From NCBI GenBank assembly GCA_043228905.1, contig JBHGNT010000044.1, forward strand, positions 1-64,000: DNA of 64,000 bases. The letters are read 5' to 3'. Below, in pieces: positions 27,201 through 42,400 of the stretch. A program made the translations under genes and the position numbers. The notes beneath the pieces are model-generated. The model was not told the DNA's origin, did no database searches, and worked only from the letters and a program-made list of their open reading frames with translations. The first letter of the stretch is position 1; each line of letters begins with the position of its first letter. Origin of the DNA: Azolla caroliniana (Eukaryota; Plantae; Polypodiophyta).

Positions 27201-27470
27201 CCTGGCTCGTGTGATATCGGATTTTTGTGTTCAAACATGCGAATCGAAGCTAACAACGCTAGCTGTGATATGGAATTAAAAACTCAAGATTTTTAAACTC
27301 GGGTCAAGAGACATGACGAAATTACCAAATTTGAGGAGGGAGTTGAGAAGAGCCCTGGACTAAATTAAAATGTTCATACCTGGCTCGTGTGATATCGGAT
27401 TTTTGTGTTCATACATGCGAATCGAAGCTAACAATGCTAGCTACGATATGGAATTAAAAAATCAAGATTT
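21230..27470. repeat. 17-monomer (3027-bp) tandem duplication whose second copy carries an internal 3-monomer (534-bp) duplication
   Basis: ATATTCATAC at 21494/24521 (3027). GCTAGGTACG at 25121/25655 (534). Downstream markers shift to offset 3561 (22352/25913; 23416/26977). Confidence 0.88.
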
Positions 27471-27481
27471 TTAAACTCGGG

Positions 27482-30400
27482 TCAAGAGACATGACGAAAT
27501 TACCAAATTTGAGGAGGGAGTTGAGAGGAGCCCTTGACTAATTTAAAATGTTCATACCTGGCTCGTGTGATATCGTATTTTTGTGTTCAAACATGCGAAT
27601 CGAAGCTAACAACGCTTGCTATGATATGGAATTAAAAACTCAATATTTTTAAACTCGGGTCAAGAGACATGAAGAAATTAGCAAACTTGAGGAGGGAGTT
27701 GAGAGGAGCCCTTGAGTAAATTAAAATGTTCATACGTGGCTCGTGTGATATCGGATTTTTGTGTTCAAACATGCGAATCGAAGCTAACATTGCTAGCTAT
27801 GATATGGATTTAAAAAATCAAGATTTTGAAACTCAGGTCGAGAGACATGATGAAAATAGAAAACTTGAGGAGGGGGTTGAGAGGAGCCCTTGAGTAAATT
27901 AAAATGTTCATACCTGGCTCGTGTGATATCGGATTTTTGTGTTCAAACATGCGCATCGAAACTAACAATGCTAGCTACGACATGGAATTAAAAAATCAAG
28001 ATTTTGAGACTCAGGACGAGAGACATGATGAAAATAGAAAACTTGGGGAGGGAGTTGAGAGGAGCCCTTGAGTAAATTAAAATGTTCATACCTGGCTCGT
28101 GTGCTATCGGATTTTTGTGTTCAAACATGCGAATCGAAGCTAACAACGCTAGCTATCATATGGAATTAAAAAATCAAGATTTTTAAACTCGGGTCAAGAG
28201 ACATGAAGAAATTAGCAAACTTGAGGAGGGAGTTGAGAGGAGCCCTTGAGTAAATTAAAATGTTCATACGTGGCTCGTGTGCTATCGGATTTTTGTGTTC
28301 AAACATGCGAATCGAAGCTAACAACGCTAGCTATCATATGGAATTAAAAAATCAAGATTTTGAAACTCAGGTCAGGAGACATGAAGAAATTAGCAAACTT
28401 GAGGACTGAGTTGAGAAGACCTAGTAGGTAAATTAAAATGTTCATACCTGGCTCGTGTGATATAGGATTTTTGTGTTCAAACATGCGAATCGAAGCTAAC
28501 AACGCTAGCTATGATATGGAATTAAAAACTCAAGATTTTTAAACTCGGGTCAAGAGACATGACGAAATTACCAAATTTGAGGAGGGAGTTGAGAAGAGCC
28601 CTTGACTAAATTAAAATGTTCATACCTGGCTCGTGTGATATCGGATTTTTGTGTTCATACATGCGAATCGAAGCTAACAATGCTAGCTACGATATGGAAT
28701 TAAAAAATCAAGATTTTGAAACTCAGGTCAAGAGACATGAAGAAATTACCAAACTTGAGGACTGAGTTGAGAAGACCTAGTAGGTAAATTAAAATGTTCA
28801 TTCCTGGCTCGTATGGTATCGGTTTTTTGTGTTCAAACATGCGAATCGAAGCTAACAACGCTAGCTATGATATAGAATTAAAAAATCAAGATTTTGAAAC
28901 TCAGGTCCAGAGACATGATGAAAATAGAAAACCTTAGGACGGGGTTGAGAGGAGCCCTTGAGTAAATTAAATTGTTCTTACCTGGCTCGTGTGATATCGG
29001 ATTTTTGTGGTCAAACATGCGAATCGAAGCTAACAACGTTAGCTATCATATGGAATTAAAAAATCAAGATTTTGAAACTCGGGTCAAGAGACATGAAGAA
29101 ATTAGCAAACTTGAGGAGTGAGTTGAGAAGACCTACTAGGTAAATTAAAATGTTCATACCTGGCTCGTGTGATATCGGATTTTTGTGTTCAAACATGCGA
29201 ATCGAAGCTTACAACGCTAGCTGTGATATGGAATTAAAAACTCAAGATTTTTAAACTCGGGTCAAGAGACATGACGAAATTACCAAATTTGAGGAGGGAG
29301 TTGAGAAGAGCCCTGGACTAAATTAAAATGTTCATACCTGGCTCGTGTGATATCGGATTTTTGTGTTCATACATGCGAATCGAAGCTAACAATGCTAGCT
29401 ACGATATGGAATTAAAAAATCAAGATTTTTAAACTCGGGTCAAGAGACATGACGAAATTACCAAATTTGAGGAGGGAGTTGAGAAGAGCCCTTGACTAAA
29501 TTAGAATGTTCATACCTGGCTCGTGTGATATCGGATTTTTGTGTTCATACATGCGAATCGAAGCTAACAATGCTAGCTACGATATGGAATTAAAAAATCA
29601 AGATTTTGAAACTCAGGTCAAGAGACATGAAGAAATTACCAAACTTGAGGACTGAGTTGAGAAGACCTAGTAGGTAAATTAAAATGTTCATTCCTGGCTC
29701 GTATGGTATTGGTTTTTTGTGTTCAAACATGCGAATCGAAGCTAACAACGCTAGCTATGATATAGAATTAAAAAATCAAGATTTTGAAACTCAGGTCCAG
29801 AGACATGATGAAAATAGAAAACCTTAGGACGGGGTTGAGAGGAGCCCTTGAGTAAATTAAAATGTTCTTACCTGGCTCGTGTGATATCGGATTTTTGTGG
29901 TCAAACATGCGAATCGAAGCTAACAACGTTAGCTATCATATGGAATTAAAAAATCAAGATTTTGAAACTCGGGTCAAGAGACATGAAGAAATTAGCAAAC
30001 TTGAGGAGTGAGTTGAGAAGACCTACTAGGTAAATTAAAATGTTCATACCTGGCTCGTGTGATATCGGATTTTTGTGTTCAAACATGCGAATCGAAGCTA
30101 ACAACGCTAGCTGTCATATGGAATTAAAAACTCAAGATTTTTAAACTCGGGTCAAGAGACATGACGAAATTACCAAATTTGAGGAGGGAGTTGAGAAGAG
30201 CCCTGGACTAAATTAAAATGTTCATACCTGGCTCGTGTGATATCGGATTTTTGTGTTCATACATGCGAATCGAAGCTAACAATGCTAGCTACGATATGGA
30301 ATTAAAAAATCAAGATTTTTAAACTCGGCTCAAGAGACATGACGAAATTACCAAATTTGAGGAGGGAGTTGAGAGGAGCCCTTGACTAATTTAAAATGTT

Positions 30401-33400
30401 CATACCTGGCTCGTGTGATATCGTATTTTTGTGTTCAAACATGCGAATCGAAGCTAACAACGCTTGCTATGATATGGAATTAAAAACTCAATATTTTTAA
30501 ACTCGGGTCAAGAGACATGAAGAAATTAGCAAACTTGAGGAGGGAGTTGAGAGGAGCCCTTGAGTAAATTAAAATGTTCATACGTGGCTCGTGTGATATC
30601 GGATTTTTGTGTTCAAACATGCGAATCGAAGCTAACATTGCTAGCTATGATATGGATTTAAAAAATCAAGATTTTGAAACTCAGGTCGAGAGACATGATG
30701 AAAATAGAAAACTTGAGGAGGGGGTTGAGAGGAGCCCTTGAGTAAATTAAAATGTTCATACCTGGCTCGTGTGATATCGGATTTTTGTGTTCAAACATGC
30801 GCATCGAAACTAACAATGCTAGCTACGACATGGAATTAAAAAATCAAGATTTTGAGACTCAGGACGAGAGACATGATGAAAATAGAAAACTTGGGGAGGG
30901 AGTTGAGAGGAGCCCTTGAGTAAATTAAAATGTTCATACCTGGCTCGTGTGCTATCGGATTTTTGTGTTCAAACATGCGAATCGAAGCTAACAACGCTAG
31001 CTATCATATGGAATTAAAAAATCAAGATTTTTAAACTCGGGTCAAGAGACATGAAGAAATTAGCAAACTTGAGGAGGGAGTTGAGAGGAGCCCTTGAGTA
31101 AATTAAAATGTTCATACGTGGCTCGTGTGCTATCGGATTTTTGTGTTCAAACATGCGAATCGAAGCTAACAACGCTAGCTATCATATGGAATTAAAAAAT
31201 CAAGATTTTGAAACTCAGGTCAAGAGACATGAAGAAATTAGCAAACTTGAGGACTGAGTTGAGAAGACCTAGTAGGTAAATTAAAATGTTCATACCTGGC
31301 TCGTGTGATATAGGATTTTTGTGTTCAAACATGCGAATCGAAGCTAACAACGCTAGCTATGATATGGAATTAAAAACTCAAGATTTTTAAACTCGGGTCA
31401 AGAGACATGACGAAATTACCAAATTTGAGGAGGGAGTTGAGAAGAGCCCTTGACTAAATTAAAATGTTCATACCTGGCTCGTGTGATATCGGATTTTTGT
31501 GTTCATACATGCGAATCGAAGCTAACAATGCTAGCTACGATATGGAATTAAAAAATCAAGATTTTTAAACTCGGCTCAAGAGACATGACGAAATTACCAA
31601 ATTTGAGGAGGGAGTTGAGAGGAGCCCTTGACTAATTTAAAATGTTCATACCTGGCTCGTGTGATATCGTATTTTTGTGTTCAAACATGCGAATCGAAGC
31701 TAACAACGCTTGCTATGATATGGAATTAAAAACTCAATATTTTTAAACTCGGGTCAAGAGACATGAAGAAATTAGCAAACTTGAGGAGGGAGTTGAGAGG
31801 AGCCCTTGAGTAAATTAAAATGTTCATACGTGGCTCGTGTGATATCGGATTTTTGTGTTCAAACATGCGAATCGAAGCTAACATTGCTAGCTATGATATG
31901 GATTTAAAAAATCAAGATTTTGAAACTCAGGTCGAGAGACATGATGAAAATAGAAAACTTGAGGAGGGGGTTGAGAGGAGCCCTTGAGTAAATTAAAATG
32001 TTCATACCTGGCTCGTGTGATATCGGATTTTTGTGTTCAAACATGCGCATCGAAACTAACAATGCTAGCTACGACATGGAATTAAAAAATCAAGATTTTG
32101 AGACTCAGGACGAGAGACATGATGAAAATAGAAAACTTGGGGAGGGAGTTGAGAGGAGCCCTTGAGTAAATTAAAATGTTCATACCTGGCTCGTGTGCTA
32201 TCGGATTTTTGTGTTCAAACATGCGAATCGAAGCTAACAACGCTAGCTATCATATGGAATTAAAAAATCAAGATTTTTAAACTCGGGTCAAGAGACATGA
32301 AGAAATTAGCAAACTTGAGGAGGGAGTTGAGAGGAGCCCTTGAGTAAATTAAAATGTTCATACGTGGCTCGTGTGCTATCGGATTTTTGTGTTCAAACAT
32401 GCGAATCGAAGCTAACAACGCTAGCTATCATATGGAATTAAAAAATCAAGATTTTGAAACTCAGGTCAGGAGACATGAAGAAATTAGCAAACTTGAGGAC
32501 TGAGTTGAGAAGACCTAGTAGGTAAATTAAAATGTTCATACCTGGCTCGTGTGATATAGGATTTTTGTGTTCAAACATGCGAATCGAAGCTAACAACGCT
32601 AGCTATGATATGGAATTAAAAACTCAAGATTTTTAAACTCGGGTCAAGAGACATGACGAAATTACCAAATTTGAGGAGGGAGTTGAGAAGAGCCCTTGAC
32701 TAAATTAAAATGTTCATACCTGGCTCGTGTGATATCGGATTTTTGTGTTCATACATGCGAATCGAAGCTAACAATGCTAGCTACGATATGGAATTAAAAA
32801 ATCAAGATTTTGAAACTCAGGTCAAGAGACATGAAGAAATTACCAAACTTGAGGACTGAGTTGAGAAGACCTAGTAGGTAAATTAAAATGTTCATTCCTG
32901 GCTCGTATGGTATCGGTTTTTTGTGTTCAAACATGCGAATCGAAGCTAACAACGCTAGCTATGATATAGAATTAAAAAATCAAGATTTTGAAACTCAGGT
33001 CCAGAGACATGATGAAAATAGAAAACCTTAGGACGGGGTTGAGAGGAGCCCTTGAGTAAATTAAATTGTTCTTACCTGGCTCGTGTGATATCGGATTTTT
33101 GTGGTCAAACATGCGAATCGAAGCTAACAACGTTAGCTATCATATGGAATTAAAAAATCAAGATTTTGAAACTCGGGTCAAGAGACATGAAGAAATTAGC
33201 AAACTTGAGGAGTGAGTTGAGAAGACCTACTAGGTAAATTAAAATGTTCATACCTGGCTCGTGTGATATCGGATTTTTGTGTTCAAACATGCGAATCGAA
33301 GCTTACAACGCTAGCTGTGATATGGAATTAAAAACTCAAGATTTTTAAACTCGGGTCAAGAGACATGACGAAATTACCAAATTTGAGGAGGGAGTTGAGA

Positions 33401-35994
33401 AGAGCCCTGGACTAAATTAAAATGTTCATACCTGGCTCGTGTGATATCGGATTTTTGTGTTCATACATGCGAATCGAAGCTAACAATGCTAGCTACGATA
33501 TGGAATTAAAAAATCAAGATTTTTAAACTCGGGTCAAGAGACATGACGAAATTACCAAATTTGAGGAGGGAGTTGAGAAGAGCCCTTGACTAAATTAGAA
33601 TGTTCATACCTGGCTCGTGTGATATCGGATTTTTGTGTTCATACATGCGAATCGAAGCTAACAATGCTAGCTACGATATGGAATTAAAAAATCAAGATTT
33701 TGAAACTCAGGTCAAGAGACATGAAGAAATTACCAAACTTGAGGACTGAGTTGAGAAGACCTAGTAGGTAAATTAAAATGTTCATTCCTGGCTCGTATGG
33801 TATTGGTTTTTTGTGTTCAAACATGCGAATCGAAGCTAACAACGCTAGCTATGATATAGAATTAAAAAATCAAGATTTTGAAACTCAGGTCCAGAGACAT
33901 GATGAAAATAGAAAACCTTAGGACGGGGTTGAGAGGAGCCCTTGAGTAAATTAAAATGTTCTTACCTGGCTCGTGTGATATCGGATTTTTGTGGTCAAAC
34001 ATGCGAATCGAAGCTAACAACGTTAGCTATCATATGGAATTAAAAAATCAAGATTTTGAAACTCGGGTCAAGAGACATGAAGAAATTAGCAAACTTGAGG
34101 AGTGAGTTGAGAAGACCTACTAGGTAAATTAAAATGTTCATACCTGGCTCGTGTGATATCGGATTTTTGTGTTCAAACATGCGAATCGAAGCTAACAACG
34201 CTAGCTGTCATATGGAATTAAAAACTCAAGATTTTTAAACTCGGGTCAAGAGACATGACGAAATTACCAAATTTGAGGAGGGAGTTGAGAAGAGCCCTGG
34301 ACTAAATTAAAATGTTCATACCTGGCTCGTGTGATATCGGATTTTTGTGTTCATACATGCGAATCGAAGCTAACAATGCTAGCTACGATATGGAATTAAA
34401 AAATCAAGATTTTTAAACTCGGCTCAAGAGACATGACGAAATTACCAAATTTGAGGAGGGAGTTGAGAGGAGCCCTTGACTAATTTAAAATGTTCATACC
34501 TGGCTCGTGTGATATCGTATTTTTGTGTTCAAACATGCGAATCGAAGCTAACAACGCTTGCTATGATATGGAATTAAAAACTCAATATTTTTAAACTCGG
34601 GTCAAGAGACATGAAGAAATTAGCAAACTTGAGGAGGGAGTTGAGAGGAGCCCTTGAGTAAATTAAAATGTTCATACGTGGCTCGTGTGATATCGGATTT
34701 TTGTGTTCAAACATGCGAATCGAAGCTAACATTGCTAGCTATGATATGGATTTAAAAAATCAAGATTTTGAAACTCAGGTCGAGAGACATGATGAAAATA
34801 GAAAACTTGAGGAGGGGGTTGAGAGGAGCCCTTGAGTAAATTAAAATGTTCATACCTGGCTCGTGTGATATCGGATTTTTGTGTTCAAACATGCGCATCG
34901 AAACTAACAATGCTAGCTACGACATGGAATTAAAAAATCAAGATTTTGAGACTCAGGACGAGAGACATGATGAAAATAGAAAACTTGGGGAGGGAGTTGA
35001 GAGGAGCCCTTGAGTAAATTAAAATGTTCATACCTGGCTCGTGTGCTATCGGATTTTTGTGTTCAAACATGCGAATCGAAGCTAACAACGCTAGCTATCA
35101 TATGGAATTAAAAAATCAAGATTTTTAAACTCGGGTCAAGAGACATGAAGAAATTAGCAAACTTGAGGAGGGAGTTGAGAGGAGCCCTTGAGTAAATTAA
35201 AATGTTCATACGTGGCTCGTGTGCTATCGGATTTTTGTGTTCAAACATGCGAATCGAAGCTAACAACGCTAGCTATCATATGGAATTAAAAAATCAAGAT
35301 TTTGAAACTCAGGTCAAGAGACATGAAGAAATTAGCAAACTTGAGGACTGAGTTGAGAAGACCTAGTAGGTAAATTAAAATGTTCATACCTGGCTCGTGT
35401 GATATAGGATTTTTGTGTTCAAACATGCGAATCGAAGCTAACAACGCTAGCTATGATATGGAATTAAAAACTCAAGATTTTTAAACTCGGGTCAAGAGAC
35501 ATGACGAAATTACCAAATTTGAGGAGGGAGTTGAGAAGAGCCCTTGACTAAATTAAAATGTTCATACCTGGCTCGTGTGATATCGGATTTTTGTGTTCAT
35601 ACATGCGAATCGAAGCTAACAATGCTAGCTACGATATGGAATTAAAAAATCAAGATTTTTAAACTCGGCTCAAGAGACATGACGAAATTACCAAATTTGA
35701 GGAGGGAGTTGAGAGGAGCCCTTGACTAATTTAAAATGTTCATACCTGGCTCGTGTGATATCGTATTTTTGTGTTCAAACATGCGAATCGAAGCTAACAA
35801 CGCTTGCTATGATATGGAATTAAAAACTCAATATTTTTAAACTCGGGTCAAGAGACATGAAGAAATTAGCAAACTTGAGGAGGGAGTTGAGAGGAGCCCT
35901 TGAGTAAATTAAAATGTTCATACGTGGCTCGTGTGATATCGGATTTTTGTGTTCAAACATGCGAATCGAAGCTAACATTGCTAGCTATGATATG
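27482..35994. repeat. Near-identical 23-monomer (4094-bp) tandem duplication with a nested 7-monomer (1246-bp) duplication
   Basis: Offset 4094: GTCAGGAG 28371/32465, ATTGTTCTT 28971/33065, GTATGGTATTGG 29701/33795, CTGTCATATG 30111/34205. TCGGCTCAAG at 30325, 31571, 34419, 35665. Confidence 0.92.
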
Positions 35995-36469
35995 TATTTA
36001 AAAAATCAAGATTTTGAGACTCAGGTCGAGAGACATGATGAAAATAGAAAACTTGAGGAGGGGGTTGAGAGGAGCCCTTGAGTAAATTAAAATGTTCATA
36101 CCTGGCTCGTGTGATATCGGATTTTTGTGTTCAAACATGCGCATCGAAACTAACAATGCTAGCTACGACATGGAATTAAAAAATCAAGATTTTGAGACTC
36201 AGGACGAGAGACATGATGAAAATAGAAAACTTGGGGAGGGAGTTGAGAGGAGCCCTTGAGTAAATTAAAATGTTCATACCTGGCTCGTGTGCTATCGGAT
36301 TTTTGTGTTCAAACATGCGAATCGAAGCTAACAACGTTAGCTATCATATGGAATTAAAAAATCAAGATTTTTAAACTCGGGTCAAGAGACATGAAGAAAT
36401 TAGCAAACTTGAGGAGGGAGTTGAGAGGAGCCCTTGAGTAAATTAAAATGTTCATACGTGGCTCGTGTG

Positions 36470-39400
36470 CTATCGGATTTTTGTGTTCAAACATGCGAAT
36501 CGAAGCTAACAACGCTAGCTATCATATGGAATTAAAAAATCAAGATTTTGAAACTCAGGTCAAGAGACATGAAGAAATTAGCAAACTTGAGGACTGAGTT
36601 GAGAAGACCTAGTAGGTAAATTAAAATGTTCATACCTGGCTCGTGTGATATAGGATTTTTGTGTTCAAACATGCGAATCGAAGCTAACAACGCTAGCTAT
36701 GATATGGAATTAAAAACTCAAGATTTTTAAACTCGGGTCAAGAGACATGACGAAATTACCAAATTTGAGGAGGGAGTTGAGAAGAGCCCTTGACTAAATT
36801 AAAATGTTCATACCTGGCTCGTGTGATATCGGATTTTTGTGTTCATACATGCGAATCGAAGCTAACAATGCTAGCTACGATATGGAATTAAAAAATCAAG
36901 ATTTTGAAACTCAGGTCAAGAGACATGAAGAAATTACCAAACTTGAGGACTGAGTTGAGAAGACCTAGTAGGTAAATTAAAATGTTCATTCCTGGCTCGT
37001 ATGGTATCGGTTTTTTGTGTTCAAACATGCGAATCGAAGCTAACAACTCTAGCTATGATATAGAATTAAAAAATCAAGATTTTGAAACTCAGGTCCAGAG
37101 ACATGATGAAAATAGAATACCTTAGGACGGGGTTGAGAGGAGCCCTTGAGTAAATTAAAATGTTCTTACCTGGCTCGTGTGATATCGGATTTTTGTGGTC
37201 AAACATGCGAATCGAAGCTAACAACGTTAGCTATCATATGGAATTAAAAAATCAAGATTTTGAAACTCGGGTCAAGAGACATGAAGAAATTAGCAAACTT
37301 GAGGAGTGAGTTGAGAAGACCTACTAGGTAAATTAAAATGTTCATACCTGGCTCGTGTGATATCGGATTTTTGTGTTCAAACATGCGAATCGAAGCTAAC
37401 AACGCTAGCTGTGATATGGAATTAAAAACTCAAGATTTTTAAACTCGGGTCAAGAGACATGACGAAATTACCAAATTTGAGGAGGGAGTTGAGAAGAGCC
37501 CTGGACTAAATTAAAATGTTCATACCTGGCTCGTGTGATATCGGATTTTTGTGTTCATACATGCGAATCGAAGCTAACAATGCTAGCTACGATATGGAAT
37601 TAAAAAATCAAGATTTTTAAACTCGGGTCAAGAGACATGACGAAATTACCAAATTTGAGGAGGGAGTTGAGAGGAGCCCTTGACTAATTTAAAATGTTCA
37701 TACCTGGCTCGTGTGATATCGTATTTTTGTGTTCAAACATGCGAATCGAAGCTAACAACGCTTGCTATGATATGGAATTAAAAACTCAATATTTTTAAAC
37801 TCGGGTCAAGAGACATGAAGAAATTAGCAAACTTGAGGAGGGAGTTGAGAGGAGCCCTTGAGTAAATTAAAATGTTCATACGTGGCTCGTGTGATATCGG
37901 ATTTTTGTGTTCAAACATGCGAATCGAAGCTAACATTGCTAGCTATGATATGGATTTAAAAAATCACGATTTTGAAACTCAGGTCGAGAGACATGATGAA
38001 AATAGAAAACTTGAGGAGGGGGTTGAGAGGAGCCCTTGAGTAAATTAAAATGTTCATACCTGGCTCGTGTGATATCGGATTTTTGTGTTCAAACATGCGC
38101 ATCGAAACTAACAATGCTAGCTACGACATGGAATTAAAAAATCAAGATTTTGAGACTCAGGACGAGAGACATGATGAAAATAGAAAACTTGGGGAGGGAG
38201 TTGAGAGGAGCCCTTGAGTAAATTAAAATGTTCATACCTGGCTCGTGTGGTATCGGATTTTTATGTTCAAACATGCGAATCGAAGCTAACAACGCTAGCT
38301 ATGATATGGAATTAAAAAATCAAGATTTTGAAACTCAGGTCAAGAGACATGAAGAAATTAGCAAACTTGAGGACTGAGTTGAGAAGACCTAGTAGAAAAC
38401 TTAAAATGTTCATACCTGGCTCGTGTGATATCGGATTTTTGTGTTCAAACATGCGAATCGAAGCTAACAACGCTAGCTATGATATGGAATTAAAAACTCA
38501 AGATTTTTAAACTCGGGTCAAGAGACATGACGAAATTACCAAATTTGAGGAGGGAGTTGAGAAGAGCCATTGACTAAATTAAAATGTTCATACCTGGCTC
38601 GTGTGATATCGGATTTTTGTGTTCATACATGCGAATCGAAGCTAACAATGCTAGCTACGATATGGAATTAAAAAATCAAGATTTTGAAACTCAGGACGAG
38701 AGACATGATGAAAATAGAAAACATGGGGAGGGAGTTGAGAGGAGCCCTTGAGTAAATTAAAATGTTCATACCTGGCTCGTGTGCTATCGGATTTTTGTGT
38801 TCAAACATGCGAATCGAAGCTAACAACGCTAGCTATCATATGGAATTAAAAACTCAAGATTTTTAAATTCGGGTCAAGAGACATGACGAAATTACCAAAT
38901 TTGAGGAGGGAGTTGAGAAGAGCCCTTGACTAATTTAAAATGTTCATACCTGGCTCGTGTGATATCGTATTTTTGTGTTCAAACATGCGAATCGAAGCTA
39001 ACAATGCTAGCTACGATATGGAATTAAAAATCAAGATTTGGAAACTCAGGACGAGAGACATGATGAAAATAGAAAACTTGAGGAGGGAGTTGAGAGGAGC
39101 CCTTGAGTAAATTAAAATGTTCATACCTGGCTCGTATGGTATCGGTTTTTTGTGTTCAAACATGCGAATCGAAGCTAACAACGCTAGCTATGATATAGAA
39201 TTAAAAAATCAAGATTTTGAAACTCAGGTCCAGAGACATGATGAAAATAGAAAACCTTAGGACGGGGTTGAGAGGAGCCCTTGAGTAAATTAAATTGTTC
39301 TTACCTGGCTCGTGTGATATCGGATTTTTGTGGTCAAACATGCGAATCGAAGCTAACAACGTTAGCTATCATATGGAATTAAAAAATCAAGATTTTGAAA

Positions 39401-42400
39401 CTCGGGTCAAGAGACATGAAGAAATTAGCAAACTTGAGGAGTGAGTTGAGAAGACCTACTAGGTAAATTAAAATGTTCATACCTGGCTCGTGTGATATCG
39501 GATTTTTGTGTTCAAACATGCGAATCGAAGCTTACAACGCTAGCTGTGATATGGAATTAAAAACTCAAGATTTTTAAACTCGGGTCAAGAGACATGACGA
39601 AATTACCAAATTTGAGGAGGGAGTTGAGAAGAGCCCTGGACTAAATTAAAATGTTCATACCTGGCTCGTGTGATATCGGATTTTTGTGTTCATACATGCG
39701 AATCGAAGCTAACAATGCTAGCTACGATATGGAATTAAAAAATCAAGATTTTTAAACTCGGGTCAAGAGACATGACGAAATTACCAAATTTGAGGAGGGA
39801 GTTGAGAAGAGCCCTTGACTAAATTAGAATGTTCATACCTGGCTCGTGTGATATCGGATTTTTGTGTTCATACATGCGAATCGAAGCTAACAATGCTAGC
39901 TACGATATGGAATTAAAAAATCAAGATTTTGAAACTCAGGTCTAGAGACATGAAGAAATTACCAAACTTGAGGACTGAGTTGAGAAGACCTAGTAGGTAA
40001 ATTAAAATGTTCATTCCTGGCTCGTATGGTATCGGTTTTTTGTGTTCAAACATGCGAATCGAAGCTAACAACGCTAGCTATGATATAGAATTAAAAAATC
40101 AAGATTTTGAAACTCAGGTCCAGAGACATGATGAAAATAGAAAACCTTAGGACGGGGTTGAGAGGAGCCCTTGAGTAAATTAAAATGTTCTTACCTGGCT
40201 CGTGTGATATCGGATTTTTGTGGTCAAACATGCGAATCGAAGCTAACAACGTTAGCTATCATATGGAATTAAAAAATCAAGATTTTGAAACTCGGGTCAA
40301 GAGACATGAAGAAATTAGCAAACTTGAGGAGTGAGTTGAGAAGACCTACTAGGTAAATTAAAATGTTCATACCTGGCTCGTGTGATATCGGATTTTTGTG
40401 TTCAAACATGCGAATCGAAGCTAACAACGCTAGCTGTGATATGGAATTAAAAACTCAAGATTTTTAAACTCGGGTCAAGAGACATGACGAAATTACCAAA
40501 TTTGAGGAGGGAGTTGAGAAGAGCCCTGGACTAAATTAAAATGTTCATACCTGGCTCGTGTGATATCGGATTTTTGTGTTCATACATGCGAATCGAAGCT
40601 AACAATGCTAGCTACGATATGGAATTAAAAAATCAAGATTTTTAAACTCGGCTCAAGAGACATGACGAAATTACCAAATTTGAGGAGGGAGTTGAGAGGA
40701 GCCCTTGACTAATTTAAAATGTTCATACCTGGCTCGTGTGATATCGTATTTTTGTGTTCAAACATGCGAATCGAAGCTAACAACGCTAGCTATGATATGG
40801 AATTAAAAAATCAAGATTTTGAAACTCAGGTCGAGAGACATGATGAAAATAGAAAACTTGAGGAGGGAGTTGAGAGGAGCCCTTGAGTAAATTAAAATGT
40901 TCATACCTGGCTCGTGTGCTATCGGATTTTTGTGTTCAAACATGCGAATCGAAGCTAACAACGCTAGCTATCATATGGAATTAAAAAATCAAGATTTTGA
41001 AACTCAGGTCAAGAGACATGAAGAAATTAGCAAACTTGAGGACTGAGTTGAGAAGACCTAGTAGGTAAATTAAAATGTTCATACCTGGCTCGTGTGATAT
41101 AGGATTTTTGTGTTCAAACATGCGAATCGAAGCTAACAACGCTAGCTATGATATGGAATTAAAAACTCAAGATTTTTAAACTCGGGTCAAGAGACATGAC
41201 GAAATTACCAAATTTGAGGAGGGAGTTGAGAAGAGCCCTTGACTAAATTAAAATGTTCATACCTGGCTCGTGTGATATCGGATTTTTGTGTTCATACATG
41301 CGAATCGAAGCTGACAATGCTAGCTACGATATGGAATTAAAAAATCAAGATTTTGAAACTCAGGTCAAGAGACATGAAGAAATTACCAAACTTGAGGACT
41401 GAGTTGAGAAGACCTAGTAGGTAAATTAAAATGTTCATTCCTGGCTCGTATGGTATCGGTTTTTTGTGTTCAAACATGCGAATCGAAGCTAACAACTCTA
41501 GCTATGATATAGAATTAAAAAATCAAGATTTTGAAACTCAGGTCCAGAGACATGATGAAAATAGAATACCTTAGGACGGGGTTGAGAGGAGCCCTTGAGT
41601 AAATTAAAATGTTCTTACCTGGCTCGTGTGATATCGGATTTTTGTGGTCAAACATGCGAATCGAAGCTAACAACGTTAGCTATCATATGGAATTAAAAAA
41701 TCAAGATTTTGAAACTCGGGTCAAGAGACATGAAGAAATTAGCAAACTTGAGGAGTGAGTTGAGAAGACCTACTAGGTAAATTAAAATGTTCATACCTGG
41801 CTCGTGTGATATCGGATTTTTGTGTTCAAACATGCGAATCGAATCTAACAACGCTAGCTGTGATATGGAATTAAAAACTCAAGATTTTTAAACTCGGGTC
41901 AAGAGACATGACGAAATTACCAAATTTGAGGAGGGAGTTGAGAAGAGCCCTGGACTAAATTAAAATGTTCATACCTGGCTCGTGTGATATCGGATTTTTG
42001 TGTTCATACATGCGAATCGAAGCTAACAATGCTAGCTACGATATGGAATTAAAAAATCAAGATTTTTAAACTCGGGTCAAGAGACATGACGAAATTACCA
42101 AATTTGAGGAGGGAGTTGAGAGGAGCCCTTGACTAATTTAAAATGTTCATACCTGGCTCGTGTGATATCGTATTTTTGTGTTCAAACATGCGAATCGAAG
42201 CTAACAACGCTTGCTATGATATGGAATTAAAAACTCAATATTTTTAAACTCGGGTCAAGAGACATGAAGAAATTAGCAAACTTGAGGAGGGAGTTGAGAG
42301 GAGCCCTTGAGTAAATTAAAATGTTCATACGTGGCTCGTGTGATATCGGATTTTTGTGTTCAAACATGCGAATCGAAGCTAACATTGCTAGCTATGATAT

